Shown one piece after another: positions 19,862 through 29,355 of a stretch of DNA of 64,000 nt. Numbering within the stretch: the first letter of the stretch is position 1; every line of letters begins with the position of its first letter. The DNA comes from Candidatus Latescibacterota bacterium (lineage in GTDB: Bacteria > Latescibacterota > UBA2968 > GCA-2709665). The position numbers and the translations under genes were made by a program. The DNA is taken from contig OZ250150.1 in assembly GCA_965237675.1 (NCBI GenBank), positions 2,816,001-2,880,000 of the forward strand, given 5' to 3'. The notes below the pieces were generated by a model, which had not been told where the DNA came from, did no database searches, and was given only the letters and a program-made list of their open reading frames with translations.

Positions 19862-20005
19862 TGTTCTGTCCCGGAAATAGATTGCCGAAATTCGGCCGAC
19901 GAGCGAAGGCAATGCAAGCAGACGGGATGAACCGGCGCCTGCCTGTGCGTGCTGCCTCACGCACGCAGACAGCGAAGAATGGTGACGTATTTCTGAGACA
20001 GGACA
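19859..20005 (+). mobile_element. MITE-like element copy 1 at the rrf2 TAG stop
   Basis: Ends GTGTTCTGTCCCGGAAATA ... TATTTCTGAGACAGGACA; related to 20982 and 50190. Confidence 0.75.
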
Positions 20006-20057
20006 TCTGATCACGGAAGGCGTGCAGCCTATCCAACACATCCACAGGGCGTACAGC

Positions 20058-20984
20058 ATGGATGCCCTCAGAAAAGGCAACAATATTCTGGATCTCATCG
20101 GCGCAACGCCGATGGTCCGGCTGAACCGGGTGGTCGATCCGGAGGGGGCCGTTGTCTGGGCCAAGCTGGAGGCGTTCAATCCGGCGGGGAGTGTGAAAGA
20201 CCGGACCGCGCTGGCCATGATCGAGACGGCGGAGGCGCGCGGCGACTTGACGCCCGGCATGAGGATTATAGAGCCCACCAGCGGGAATACGGGCATCGGC
20301 CTGGCGATGGTGGCCGCGGTGAAAGGGTACCGGCTGACGATAACGATGCCGGACGGCGTCAGCGATGAACGCCAGAAGTTGCTCAGGGCGCTGGGCGCCG
20401 AGGTCGTGCTGACACCGGCCTACGACGGGATGCAGGGCACTATCGAAAAGGCGCTGGAACTGGTCGACGACGGTGTTGGGTGTTATATACCGCAACAATT
20501 CGAAAATCCGGCCAATCCCGACGTTCACCGCCGCACGACCGCACGTGAGATCCTGCGGCAGATGGAGGGAGCGCCGGACGTATTCGTGGCGGGCGTGGGG
20601 ACCGGCGGGACGGTCACCGGCGTGGGGGAGGTCTTAAAGGCGGAGTTCCCGAAGACGCGTGTTGTCGGCGTCGAGCCCGAGGATTCCGCCGTGTTGTCCG
20701 GCGGACAACCCGGGCCTACGGAGATCGACGGGCTGGGCGCCGGGATGATCCCCGACGTGCTTAACGTGGATATCCTGGATCGCGTGGTTTCGGTTTCAAA
20801 TACACAGGCTCGCCGGATGGCACGCAGACTGGCGAGGGAAGAGGGCATCCTGGCGGGCATTTCCTCAGGGGCGGCGGCCCATGCGGCGGTTGCGATTGCC
20901 GCGGCCATGACGGCGGGCGAGCGCGTGGTGGTCATTCTGCCGGATACGGGAGAACGTTACATGGACGCTTTTCTTTTTTCATAG
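20058..20984 (+). CDS. cysK: Cysteine synthase A (O-acetylserine sulfhydrylase)
   Basis: IGATPMVRL, NPAGSVKDR, EPTSGNTGIGLA, QQFENPAN, GVGTGGT, GISSGAA, PDTGERY. Confidence 0.93.
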   Translation: MDALRKGNNILDLIGATPMVRLNRVVDPEGAVVWAKLEAFNPAGSVKDRTALAMIETAEARGDLTPGMRIIEPTSGNTGIGLAMVAAVKGYRLTITMPDGVSDERQKLLRALGAEVVLTPAYDGMQGTIEKALELVDDGVGCYIPQQFENPANPDVHRRTTAREILRQMEGAPDVFVAGVGTGGTVTGVGEVLKAEFPKTRVVGVEPEDSAVLSGGQPGPTEIDGLGAGMIPDVLNVDILDRVVSVSNTQARRMARRLAREEGILAGISSGAAAHAAVAIAAAMTAGERVVVILPDTGERYMDAFLFS

Positions 20985-21053
20985 TGTTCTGTCCCGGAAA
21001 TAAATTGCCTAAATTCGGCGGAAGAATGGTGACATATTTCTTGGACGGGACAC
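20982..21053 (+). mobile_element. MITE-like element copy 2 (short) at the cysK TAG stop
   Basis: TAGTGTTCTGTCCCGGAAATA...GAAGAATGGTGACATATTTCTTGGACGGGACAC. Confidence 0.75.
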
Positions 21054-21071
21054 AATACGCAACCAATCAAG

Positions 21072-21112
21072 AAAACGCGCCCGATGTCCTTATAGACACC
21101 GGGCGCGTTTTT
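21072..21112. terminator. Bidirectional terminator between cysK and rpsT
   Basis: AAAACGCGCCCG...CGGGCGCGTTTTT hairpin between convergent genes. Confidence 0.75.
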
Positions 21113-21129
21113 GTTTGTGTAAGGGCTGT

Positions 21130-21381
21130 CTACAGGGCATTGGCCCGTCGGGCAAGGTCGGATTTGTAACGGGCCGCGGTGTTTCGATGCAGGATACCCT
21201 TTTTTACACTTTTGTCTATGACCGATACCGCCTGCGGCATCAACGATTCCGTTTCCTCTCTGTCAGTGGTGTTCGCCGCCTTTTTGAGGACGGTTCTCAG
21301 AGCGGAACGCGCGCTTTTATTTCGCAGCCGGGCCTTCCCGTTCTGTCGGAGCCTTTTGTAGGACGATTTGAGTGTGGGCAA
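21130..21381 (-). CDS. rpsT: 30S ribosomal protein S20
   Basis: PTLKSSYKRLRQN..ARLRNKSARSALRT...IDKSVKKGILHRNTAARYKS; TTG start 6 nt after AGGAGG. Confidence 0.95.
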   Translation of the reverse strand: MPTLKSSYKRLRQNGKARLRNKSARSALRTVLKKAANTTDREETESLMPQAVSVIDKSVKKGILHRNTAARYKSDLARRANAL

Positions 21382-21594
21382 CACGTACCTCCTTCGTGCC
21401 CCCGCATAAGGGAGCAAGCTTTTCAAATTACGGCAAATATAGAAGCACAACAATCTAACAAAAAAGCCGATTCTCCACAACAGATTTATTCAAAGTTGTT
21501 AAAAAGTAGATAGTTTTCCCGCAGAGAGCGTTTGTCTTCATCTCTGGACGAAAAATCGCGGTGCCCGCGACGTTTCAACCCGTCGGCTCCGTTG

Positions 21595-22515
21595 TCAATT
21601 GACCTTGAGCAGCTCAACCTCGAAGATGAGCGTGGCGCCGGGTGGAATGCTCGGATTTCTGCGGTCGCCGTAGGCGAGGTGGGACGGAATGAAGAGCAAG
21701 CATTTGGAGCCCTCCTTCATCAACTGCAACCCCTCCGTCCAGCCCCTGATGACCTGATTGAGCGGGAAAGTGGCCGGTTCTCCGCGCTTGATGGAACTGT
21801 CGAATTCGTTGCCGTCGAGGAGGGTGCCTCGGTAGTGCACAGTCACCGTGTCGGTGGCCGAAGGTGATTTCCCGGAACCCTCTCTGGTCATCTTGTACTG
21901 AAGGCCGCTGGGTTGTTCCACGACGCCCTCTTTCGTTAGATTGTCCGTCAGGAACCGCCGGCCCTCTTCTTTGTTTTTCTCGGCCATCTGTCCCGGATTG
22001 GGCCGCGAGGCGCGTGCCTTCATCCGGGCCTGTTGCCTTTCGATCATTCTTTGCTTTAATGAAGTCATAACCGCATCGATCTCCTCTTTGGTCATCCGTG
22101 GGTCTCTTTTCAATACGCGGTCCTGTATGCCGAGCGAGAACGCATCAGGATCGACTTCAAGTACGGTATTCTGGCGCAGGCCGCTTAGGATATCCCTTCC
22201 CACAGCGTAACCCAGAGCATAGTTGAGTTTCTGTTTGTCCGGTACGTCTTTCTCCTGGCGAAAGGCCAGGAGTGCCTGCTCGATTTCATCGCGCGTGTAG
22301 AGTGTGCCCCCGCCCGCCGCCGCTTCCCTGACGCCTTTTCGGTAGGCATCGGCATCGAGGTCTATCTGCACTTTTTCCAACGCTTTCGCAACTTCCTCAC
22401 CAAAGGTGAATCCCAGGCTGTAGCTGGATCTCTCGTTTTCAGTTGCCAGTTCCTTCTTTTCGGCCTCGCAGGCGATAAGAAGCAGCGACACAAGCAATGT
22501 CCATCCGATTCTCAT
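21595..22515 (-). CDS. FKBP-type peptidyl-prolyl isomerase (FkpA/Mip-like lipoprotein) with two FKBP_N domains
   Basis: Lipobox LLIAC; SYSLG and NYALG repeats; SGLQY, VTVHYRGTLLDGNEFDSS, VIRGWTEGL, IPPGATLIFEVEL. Confidence 0.93.
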   Translation of the reverse strand: MRIGWTLLVSLLLIACEAEKKELATENERSSYSLGFTFGEEVAKALEKVQIDLDADAYRKGVREAAAGGGTLYTRDEIEQALLAFRQEKDVPDKQKLNYALGYAVGRDILSGLRQNTVLEVDPDAFSLGIQDRVLKRDPRMTKEEIDAVMTSLKQRMIERQQARMKARASRPNPGQMAEKNKEEGRRFLTDNLTKEGVVEQPSGLQYKMTREGSGKSPSATDTVTVHYRGTLLDGNEFDSSIKRGEPATFPLNQVIRGWTEGLQLMKEGSKCLLFIPSHLAYGDRRNPSIPPGATLIFEVELLKVN

Positions 22516-22640
22516 TCAGTTCTCCTGTCTGATTGGGTGTTTTTGCGGCGAGGTCTGGCGCATCAGAATCGAAATGCGTCTCGAACAAGCCGGAAACCCG
22601 CCAACGGTCATCAAGGACCGGCGGCGGACGACGTTCAGCG

Positions 22641-23405
22641 TCAGCGCATGTAGATCCCGCCGTTGGCGTCGATGATTTCACCGGTAATGAAACTTCCCTG
22701 CTCGGAGGCGAGAAGGAGCACGGCGCCGACCATTTCCTCGGGTTTGCCCACGCGTTTCAGAGGTGCGGCCTGCCCGAAGGAATCGAGCTGTTCGGGTGTG
22801 GAGTGCCGGTGTTGCATGGGGGTGTCGATGACGCCGGGCGCCAGGGCGTTGACCCGGATGCCGTGCGGGGCAAGCTCTTTTGCGAGTCCACGGGTGAAGG
22901 TGTTGACCCCGCCCTTTGCGGTGCCGTACGGCAGGGTGCCCCCCCCGCCGCCGGTATGGCCCGCGACGGAGGAGATATTGACGATGGCGCCGCCGTGTTT
23001 TTGCATGGCGGGAATGGCCGCGCGGCAGCAGAGGAAAACACTCTTCAGGTTGACGTTGATCATGTGGTCCCACAGTTCGTCCGGGCATTCCGCAATGGGC
23101 GACTTGTCCATCCACTGGCCGGCGTTGTTCACCAGTACATCGAGCCGGCCGCCGAAGATTTCGAGGGTATGGTCCACCATGCGCTGGACGTCTTTCGCGC
23201 TGCAGACGTCCGTCCGCACCGTTTCGATGCTGCCTTCCGACGTGGAGGCGTCTTCTTTGAGCGCATCCGCGCCGGCCTTGTTGCTATTGTAGGTGGCAAC
23301 GACCGACGCGCCCTCGTTCGCCAGGGCGAGTGCGACGGCCTTGCCGATGCCGCTGCTGGCGCCGGTGACGATTGCGACTCTGCCGGTGAATTGTGGTTGG
23401 CTCAT
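22641..23405 (-). CDS. Short-chain dehydrogenase/reductase
   Basis: TGASSGIG, NNAG, YGTAK, PG.IDT. Confidence 0.92.
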   Translation of the reverse strand: MSQPQFTGRVAIVTGASSGIGKAVALALANEGASVVATYNSNKAGADALKEDASTSEGSIETVRTDVCSAKDVQRMVDHTLEIFGGRLDVLVNNAGQWMDKSPIAECPDELWDHMINVNLKSVFLCCRAAIPAMQKHGGAIVNISSVAGHTGGGGGTLPYGTAKGGVNTFTRGLAKELAPHGIRVNALAPGVIDTPMQHRHSTPEQLDSFGQAAPLKRVGKPEEMVGAVLLLASEQGSFITGEIIDANGGIYMR

Positions 23406-23495
23406 ATCGGTCCTCTCTCCCCGTCGAACGACCCGTGCGTGGGATCCACCGGTGCGGCGCCCGCGGGTCCCGCCGGCGTAGGCCCGTGAAGCGCT

Positions 23496-24263
23496 TCAGG
23501 GCTTGTCAAAAAGCTTCTTCCAGTCCGAGAAGGCCATCTGGCCGCCGTCTGCCACAAGCGTCTGTCCGGTGATGAAGCGGGCGTCCGGGGTGGTGAGAAA
23601 GTACGCGATGCCCGCGATTTCTTCGGGTTCGCCGTAGCGGCCCTGCGGGATGAGCTTGAGGTAGTTGTCCAGGGTTTCCCGGTCGTCCAACAGGTCGTCG
23701 TTTGCGGGCGTATTGATGACGCCCGGGCAAATGGCGTTGACACGTACGTTATGTGGCGCGAATTCTCCCGCCGCGGTTCGCGTAAAGGCGACAAGGGCGG
23801 CTTTGGAGGAGTCGTAGGCGGCGGAGCCCTTACTGGAGACCATCGCGTTTCGGGAGGCGATGTTGACGACGACACCGTCGCCCAGTTCAATCATTCCGGG
23901 CGCGACCTCCCGTGTAAGGATGAACGGAGCGGTGGTATTGATACGGTAGATTTCTTCCCATCGGTCAAGGGGGATATCGACGAGGGGTTCGTAGCACCAG
24001 GCTCCGGCATTGTTGACAAGAACATCAATGATACCGTGCTCTCTGGTAAACCGCGCCACCAGGTCCGGGATGGCCTCCAGGTTGTTCAGGTCGAAGACGC
24101 ATGGGATGGCGTTGGAAACGCATCCGGCGAGCTCATAAAGGGCGCGTTCCGAACGGTCCAGGGCGATTACACGGCAGCCTTCGGCGGCAAACCGTTTCGC
24201 GATGGCCTTGCCGATGCCGCTGGCGGCGCCGGTGACGAAAGCCAGCTTGCCGGGTCTATTCAT
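23496..24263 (-). CDS. Short-chain dehydrogenase/reductase
   Basis: TGAASGIG, NNAG, YDSSK, ICPG. Confidence 0.92.
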   Translation of the reverse strand: MNRPGKLAFVTGAASGIGKAIAKRFAAEGCRVIALDRSERALYELAGCVSNAIPCVFDLNNLEAIPDLVARFTREHGIIDVLVNNAGAWCYEPLVDIPLDRWEEIYRINTTAPFILTREVAPGMIELGDGVVVNIASRNAMVSSKGSAAYDSSKAALVAFTRTAAGEFAPHNVRVNAICPGVINTPANDDLLDDRETLDNYLKLIPQGRYGEPEEIAGIAYFLTTPDARFITGQTLVADGGQMAFSDWKKLFDKP

Positions 24264-24363
24264 GCGACATACGCCCTGGGGTTTGAGGGACGACTCCGAA
24301 ACGCGGTTAGAAGAGGGTTACGTGGATGTCGCAGCCACCCGATAGCCCCGTCATTCGGTGCGT

Positions 24364-25566
24364 TTACAACCAGCCCGCAACGGTCCACATAGCGCTGAGG
24401 CGGCCGAAGGATGCGTTGATGAGTCTTCGGGCGTCCGCCACGGGGTCGCCGCCGTAGTAGCGATTGAACTCGGCGCGTATGCGTTCTTCCAGGCTCGTGG
24501 GGTCGGTAAGCGGGAAGTCAACCCACCCGCCCCCGGTGTCGGCGCTTTCGCGCAGCGCCACCCACATTTCATAGTCCAGCCGACCGCCGGCCGCACCGTA
24601 TTGGGGGCTGGTGTTCCGGGTAACGGAGCTGTGCAGGCTTTCCAGGATGGCGGCTTTCGCCACGTCGTCCTGGCTGGAAATTTTGAACTGTTTGTAGGGA
24701 TTTTCCCAGGCGATGGGAGGGTCCGTGTCTACCTGAACCCTCGCGAGGATCTGTTCACCGTCGACTTCCTCGTGAATTTCACGGATGGGATAGGTGCGGT
24801 GTTGACCGTTGTGATAGAGGGTCAGTTCTTCACCTGAGAGGTAGCCGTTGACGCCTTCGATGTCCCAATTCATGCCGGGACTCGCACCAGGTGTGGTGGG
24901 CATTTCGTAGATGCACGCCACGTCGTTCTCAAATTCGATCACGCCGCTTTCCCACCAGCGAGTCGTTTCGTCTCCCCCGCCATAGTTCTTGTAGGGCGGC
25001 ACGTCAATGGCCCGGGCATAACCCATCGCGCGCCGGGGTTTGCTGTGCAGGATCGTGCGGACGGCGTTCAGGCCGTGGTAACTGCCCGCGGGATACCGGA
25101 GGCGTGCATGCGTGAGTTTACCCAGGATACCCGCCTGCGTGATACTCTGTTTGAGCCGCTCGTTGGGCCAGAGCCAGACGTTTTCGGCGACTTCCCATTT
25201 CAGGCCCTTCGCGCTTGCCGCACTGTCGATTGCGTCTCCAATGTCCAGGGTGAGCGCATAGGGGATTTCGGTGATAATGTGGCAGCCGTATTCGATGCCC
25301 GCAAGGGCGGCCACCATCTGACCGTCGGTGGGGAGCAGGACAAAGAAGACATCCGGCCTCTGTTCCTCCAGTAGCGATTCCATACAGGTATAGCGTGCCG
25401 AAACGTCAAACAACCCGCCCGCCGCGTGTAGGGCGTCTTCGCCCGCGTCGCAGACGGCGCAAAGGTCGTAGAGATGCGCGAGTTTCCGTATGGTGGCGAG
25501 GTAGCCTCTGGCGCGGGAGCCATTCTCGGCACCGACACCGGCAACGGCCATACGGAGGGTGGACAT
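24364..25566 (-). CDS. Gfo/Idh/MocA-family oxidoreductase
   Basis: MSTLRMAVAGVG, LCAVCD, HIITEIP (EKP-like), VAEN, YHG. Confidence 0.8.
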   Translation of the reverse strand: MSTLRMAVAGVGAENGSRARGYLATIRKLAHLYDLCAVCDAGEDALHAAGGLFDVSARYTCMESLLEEQRPDVFFVLLPTDGQMVAALAGIEYGCHIITEIPYALTLDIGDAIDSAASAKGLKWEVAENVWLWPNERLKQSITQAGILGKLTHARLRYPAGSYHGLNAVRTILHSKPRRAMGYARAIDVPPYKNYGGGDETTRWWESGVIEFENDVACIYEMPTTPGASPGMNWDIEGVNGYLSGEELTLYHNGQHRTYPIREIHEEVDGEQILARVQVDTDPPIAWENPYKQFKISSQDDVAKAAILESLHSSVTRNTSPQYGAAGGRLDYEMWVALRESADTGGGWVDFPLTDPTSLEERIRAEFNRYYGGDPVADARRLINASFGRLSAMWTVAGWL

Positions 25567-25705
25567 GGGGTGAGTTCCTCGAATTGACCGGTGGTTACGG
25601 ATCGACCTGACGCATTGACGTTGTGATCGGATTGCTGATTGAACGGTGAATGCAGTCATGGCCTGCGTCTTCCACGGTAAACGGGAAGAAAGGCGATGGT
25701 GGCGG

Positions 25706-26515
25706 CTACGAGATACAATCCTCCGCGCTGTCCTGAGGGACAAAGCCGAGAATTTCCCTGGCATGGTCCATGTCCACCCAGCAGTACCTGTTGTTGGAGA
25801 TGCTGTAGAAGATATCGAAGCGGAGATCGTCCGGCGCGTTGATGCAAAGTTCGTTGATCTTCACAACGTCGCGCTGGCTGCACCAGACCGCGGAAAGTTC
25901 GGGGCTGGACGGCCGGTCTTCAGCGTTGACGGCCCCGATCCGCAGGGAAAGGCACGAGAGTCCATGTACGTCTGAGTAAATTCGAGCCAGGGCTTCACCC
26001 CAGACCTTGCTGGCCGAATAGGGTTCCGTCGGCCGCGTCGGGTGTTTGTGCGTAACGATGGGTATGGGATCGGGTACGTCGTCGAACCGACATTCTCTAA
26101 TGGCCGTGTAGGGTTCGTCGGCCTGATAGCCCCAACTGGTCATGATGGAACTGGCGTAAACGATCCGCCTGACGCCGGCGATCCGGCACGCTTCGAAGAC
26201 GTTGTAGGCACCGATCACGTTGCTGTTCAGTATGTTCTCCCAACTCGCTTCAGGCCGGGGATCCGCAGCCATCTGGACGACGGTGTCCATGCCGTTGACG
26301 GCGTTTTGCACGGCCTGCATGTCGGAGAGATCCGCGAGGTGGAATTTGTCGTCGGGGATGTTGAGCGCGCGGCCGTCGGGCGCCCGGTCCGAAGGATAGC
26401 GGCGGCGCGCAAGGGCATAGGTGTCGTATCTGTCGGGCGACTGGATCAGATGCTCGTAAATGGCTCCGGGTATGAGGCCGTATACGCCGGTGACGAGAAC
26501 TTTTCGGGGGGGCAT
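25706..26515 (-). CDS. NAD-dependent epimerase/dehydratase (uronate-dehydrogenase-like)
   Basis: VTGVYGLI, NVIGAYNVFEA, YASS, YSASKVWGE, LRIG, WCSQRD. Confidence 0.85.
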   Translation of the reverse strand: MPPRKVLVTGVYGLIPGAIYEHLIQSPDRYDTYALARRRYPSDRAPDGRALNIPDDKFHLADLSDMQAVQNAVNGMDTVVQMAADPRPEASWENILNSNVIGAYNVFEACRIAGVRRIVYASSIMTSWGYQADEPYTAIRECRFDDVPDPIPIVTHKHPTRPTEPYSASKVWGEALARIYSDVHGLSCLSLRIGAVNAEDRPSSPELSAVWCSQRDVVKINELCINAPDDLRFDIFYSISNNRYCWVDMDHAREILGFVPQDSAEDCIS

Positions 26516-26798
26516 GTCACCTCCATAATGGGATGTGTCCGGGAGAAAACGTGGTCAGAGAATATCCGGCTTCGCGCTGGAAGGCGCTGCATTGCCGCCA
26601 CTTGCGTGCCTCCGCCGGAATCCCGGAACGCATCCGTTTTTTTGGTACCCTTCCGCTTCGATTGCCGAACCAAGTTAACGTAAATACGTGGATCATCAAA
26701 GAGAAAATACAACTGTGCACCCCACTGACGGGATGGATGTAGACAGCGGAAGCCTGTGGTGTCGGGCCTGCGCGCATTCAGGGTAGAATTGAATTCCG

Positions 26799-26826
26799 TT
26801 GACACACGACATAACGATTCTATATT
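26799..26826 (+). promoter_or_regulatory. Sigma70-type promoter upstream of the pyrH-like gene
   Basis: TTGACA-16 nt-TATATT, about 230 nt before the ATG. Confidence 0.6.
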
Positions 26827-27058
26827 AAACGAGTGCGGTTGACGCCGTGACGCCTCCCGGCTGAGCGCGGGAGCATCGTCGCCGGAAATCCCGTACGGGT
26901 CCCCAGGCGTCTGCGGCAAATACGAGGTTCACCGACTGCACGCATGCCGAACTGTAGCCCGCCTTGCTCTCCCGGGCGGCCGAATTCGATTTGTCGTTCT
27001 CCCCCGATGGTCACCACCTATATTTCTTCCCGTTTGAACCCCGGAGTATGTATAAACG

Positions 27059-27793
27059 ATGAGATACAGGCGAATTGTCCTCAAGTTGAGCGGCGCGGCC
27101 GTCGCAAGAGATCGGGAATTCGGATTTGATCCCGGTGCGCTGGAGTACATAGCGGATGAGATTCTGGCCGTTCACAGGCTCGGCGTCGGTGTCGGTGTCG
27201 TGATCGGAGGCGGTAACATTTTCAGAGGGGCGCTCGGCGCTCAGTGGGGCATTGAAGAGTCTGAGGCTCACAACATCGGGATGCTCGCTACGATCGTCAA
27301 CAGCCTGATGTTGCGGGGCGTCATGACCGCCAGGAGTGATGCTGAAGTCCGCGTGATGACGGCAATCCCGATCAACGCGGTCGCCGAACCTTTTATCCGG
27401 CTGCGCGCCATTCACCATATCGAAAAAGGATATATCGTGATCTTCGCCGGAGGTATCGGCAATCCTTACGTCACAACGGACTATCCCGGCGTGCAGCGGG
27501 CGCTTGAGATACGGGCCGATGCCATTCTTTTCGCGAAGCACAAAACGGCCGGAGTCTACACCGACGACCCCAACAGGAGTCCTGGCGCGCGCCTGTACCG
27601 CAGCGTTGGATACGATACCGTTGTGAGGGAAAATCTGGGCGCGCTGGATCAGTCCGCGGTGATTCTCGCCCGGGACAACAGGCTCCCCATCCACGTTTTT
27701 GATTTTGACACGCATGGGACCATGCGCCGGATTCTGGAGGGCGAGGATCTGGGCACGCTGATCGCACATGGTCCCGGAGACGAGTTGGCATAG
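27059..27793 (+). CDS. pyrH: UMP kinase (PyrH family, probably a paralogue)
   Basis: YRRIVLKLSG, VIGGGNIFRG, IGMLATIVN, FAGGIGNPYVTTD, GVYTDDP, GTLI. Confidence 0.88.
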   Translation: MRYRRIVLKLSGAAVARDREFGFDPGALEYIADEILAVHRLGVGVGVVIGGGNIFRGALGAQWGIEESEAHNIGMLATIVNSLMLRGVMTARSDAEVRVMTAIPINAVAEPFIRLRAIHHIEKGYIVIFAGGIGNPYVTTDYPGVQRALEIRADAILFAKHKTAGVYTDDPNRSPGARLYRSVGYDTVVRENLGALDQSAVILARDNRLPIHVFDFDTHGTMRRILEGEDLGTLIAHGPGDELA

Positions 27794-27914
27794 CGGTGTC
27801 GGGAGCCGACTGACGCATTGTCGGGAGAAAGGTACCGCAGATGTCCGGGACAGAACACTTGTCGTTCTCCGGGATTGAACGCCCACGCTTTCCTTTACGG
27901 GGGATTACGTTCAG

Positions 27915-29195
27915 ATGAAAGTGTTGATTGTGGGAAAGGGTGGCCGCGAGCACGCGTTTGCCTGGAAGATCGCCCAGAGTCCGAAGGTGAGCCGCATCTA
28001 TGCCGCTCCCGGCAACCCCGGTATGGCCAGACAGGCCACCTGCGTGGATATCGGTGTCGACGACCTGGACGGTCTGGTGGGATTTGCACAGCAGGAGCGT
28101 ATCGATTTAACGGTTGTAGGGCCCGAGGACCCGCTTGCAAATGGGCTTGTGGATCGATTCGAGGCAGTGGGCCTTCGGGTGTTCGGACCCTCGCGGAGGG
28201 CGGCTCAGATTGAGGCCGATAAGGATTTCGCACTCCGCATCATGCACAAATACGGCATTCCCACCGGGCAGTATTGGACGTTTACCGACACGGACGCCGC
28301 GAGGGGGTTCGTGCGGGATTGGGGAGCGCCGGTGGTGTTGAAAGCCGCGGGACTGGCTGCCGGAAAGGGTGCGGTGGTGTGCCACTCAGTGGAAGAGGCG
28401 CTGCGTGCCGTGGACAGGGTGATGGTGGACCGGGAATTCGGCGCTGCGGGAGATAAACTGGTGCTAATGGAGTACCTGGAGGGGGAGGAAGCATCGATTA
28501 CGGGGTTTACCGATGGGAAACACGTGGCGTGCATCGTGCCGTCTCAGGATCACAAGACCCTCCGCGAGGGAGATACCGGCCCCAATACGGGCGGGATGGG
28601 CGCCTACGCACCTGCCCCCGTGGTGACGCCGGAGATGCAGAAGGCCATTGTGGAACGCGTGATGCTTCCCACCGTGGAGGCACTGGCCGCGGAAGGGCGG
28701 CCCTACAAGGGGATTCTTTACGGCGGTTTGATCATTACAGAAAGCGGCCCCCGGGTCATCGAATTCAACTGCCGGCTGGGCGACCCGGAGGCGCAGGTGG
28801 TGCTGCCTCTGCTGAAGACCGATCTGGTGGATATTATCGAGGCCGTGTACGATGGCACCCTGAAAGACCTGGAAATTGAGCTGGACAACCGGGCCGCGAC
28901 CTGCGTGGTACTGGCTTCCGGAGGATATCCGGGCGAGTTCGAAACGGGATTTGCGATTTCGGGCCTGGACGAGGCGGAAGCCCAGGACGACGTATTGGTG
29001 TTTCACGCGGGCACGGCACGGAAAGAAGGGGCGATGGTGACCAACGGCGGCCGGGTTCTGGGTGTCACGGCCGTCGGCCGGAATATTCAGGCTTCGACCA
29101 GTCGGGCCTATGGGGCGATCGAGAAGATTCAATTCGACAACGTGTATTACCGGATGGATATCGGATACAGGGCGTTGGAGCGGCTGGGGGTTTGA
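27915..29195 (+). CDS. purD: Phosphoribosylamine-glycine ligase
   Basis: GGREHA, APGNPG, VGPEDPL, KAAGLAAGKG, QDHK..EGDTGPNTGGMGAY, EFNCRLGDPE, TNGGRVL. Confidence 0.97.
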   Translation: MKVLIVGKGGREHAFAWKIAQSPKVSRIYAAPGNPGMARQATCVDIGVDDLDGLVGFAQQERIDLTVVGPEDPLANGLVDRFEAVGLRVFGPSRRAAQIEADKDFALRIMHKYGIPTGQYWTFTDTDAARGFVRDWGAPVVLKAAGLAAGKGAVVCHSVEEALRAVDRVMVDREFGAAGDKLVLMEYLEGEEASITGFTDGKHVACIVPSQDHKTLREGDTGPNTGGMGAYAPAPVVTPEMQKAIVERVMLPTVEALAAEGRPYKGILYGGLIITESGPRVIEFNCRLGDPEAQVVLPLLKTDLVDIIEAVYDGTLKDLEIELDNRAATCVVLASGGYPGEFETGFAISGLDEAEAQDDVLVFHAGTARKEGAMVTNGGRVLGVTAVGRNIQASTSRAYGAIEKIQFDNVYYRMDIGYRALERLGV

Positions 29196-29355
29196 AACGC
29201 TCGAAAGGCGTTGTCGCGGGTCGGAAATAATGGATACGGACGTCGACGAACAAATCAGACGGCATCGTTCCGCCGTCAGGGAGGCGCTTCCACGTCATCG
29301 ATTTTGCCGCTAAACCGTAGAGAGATGTTGGACATCACAAAGGAGGAAGAGGATC

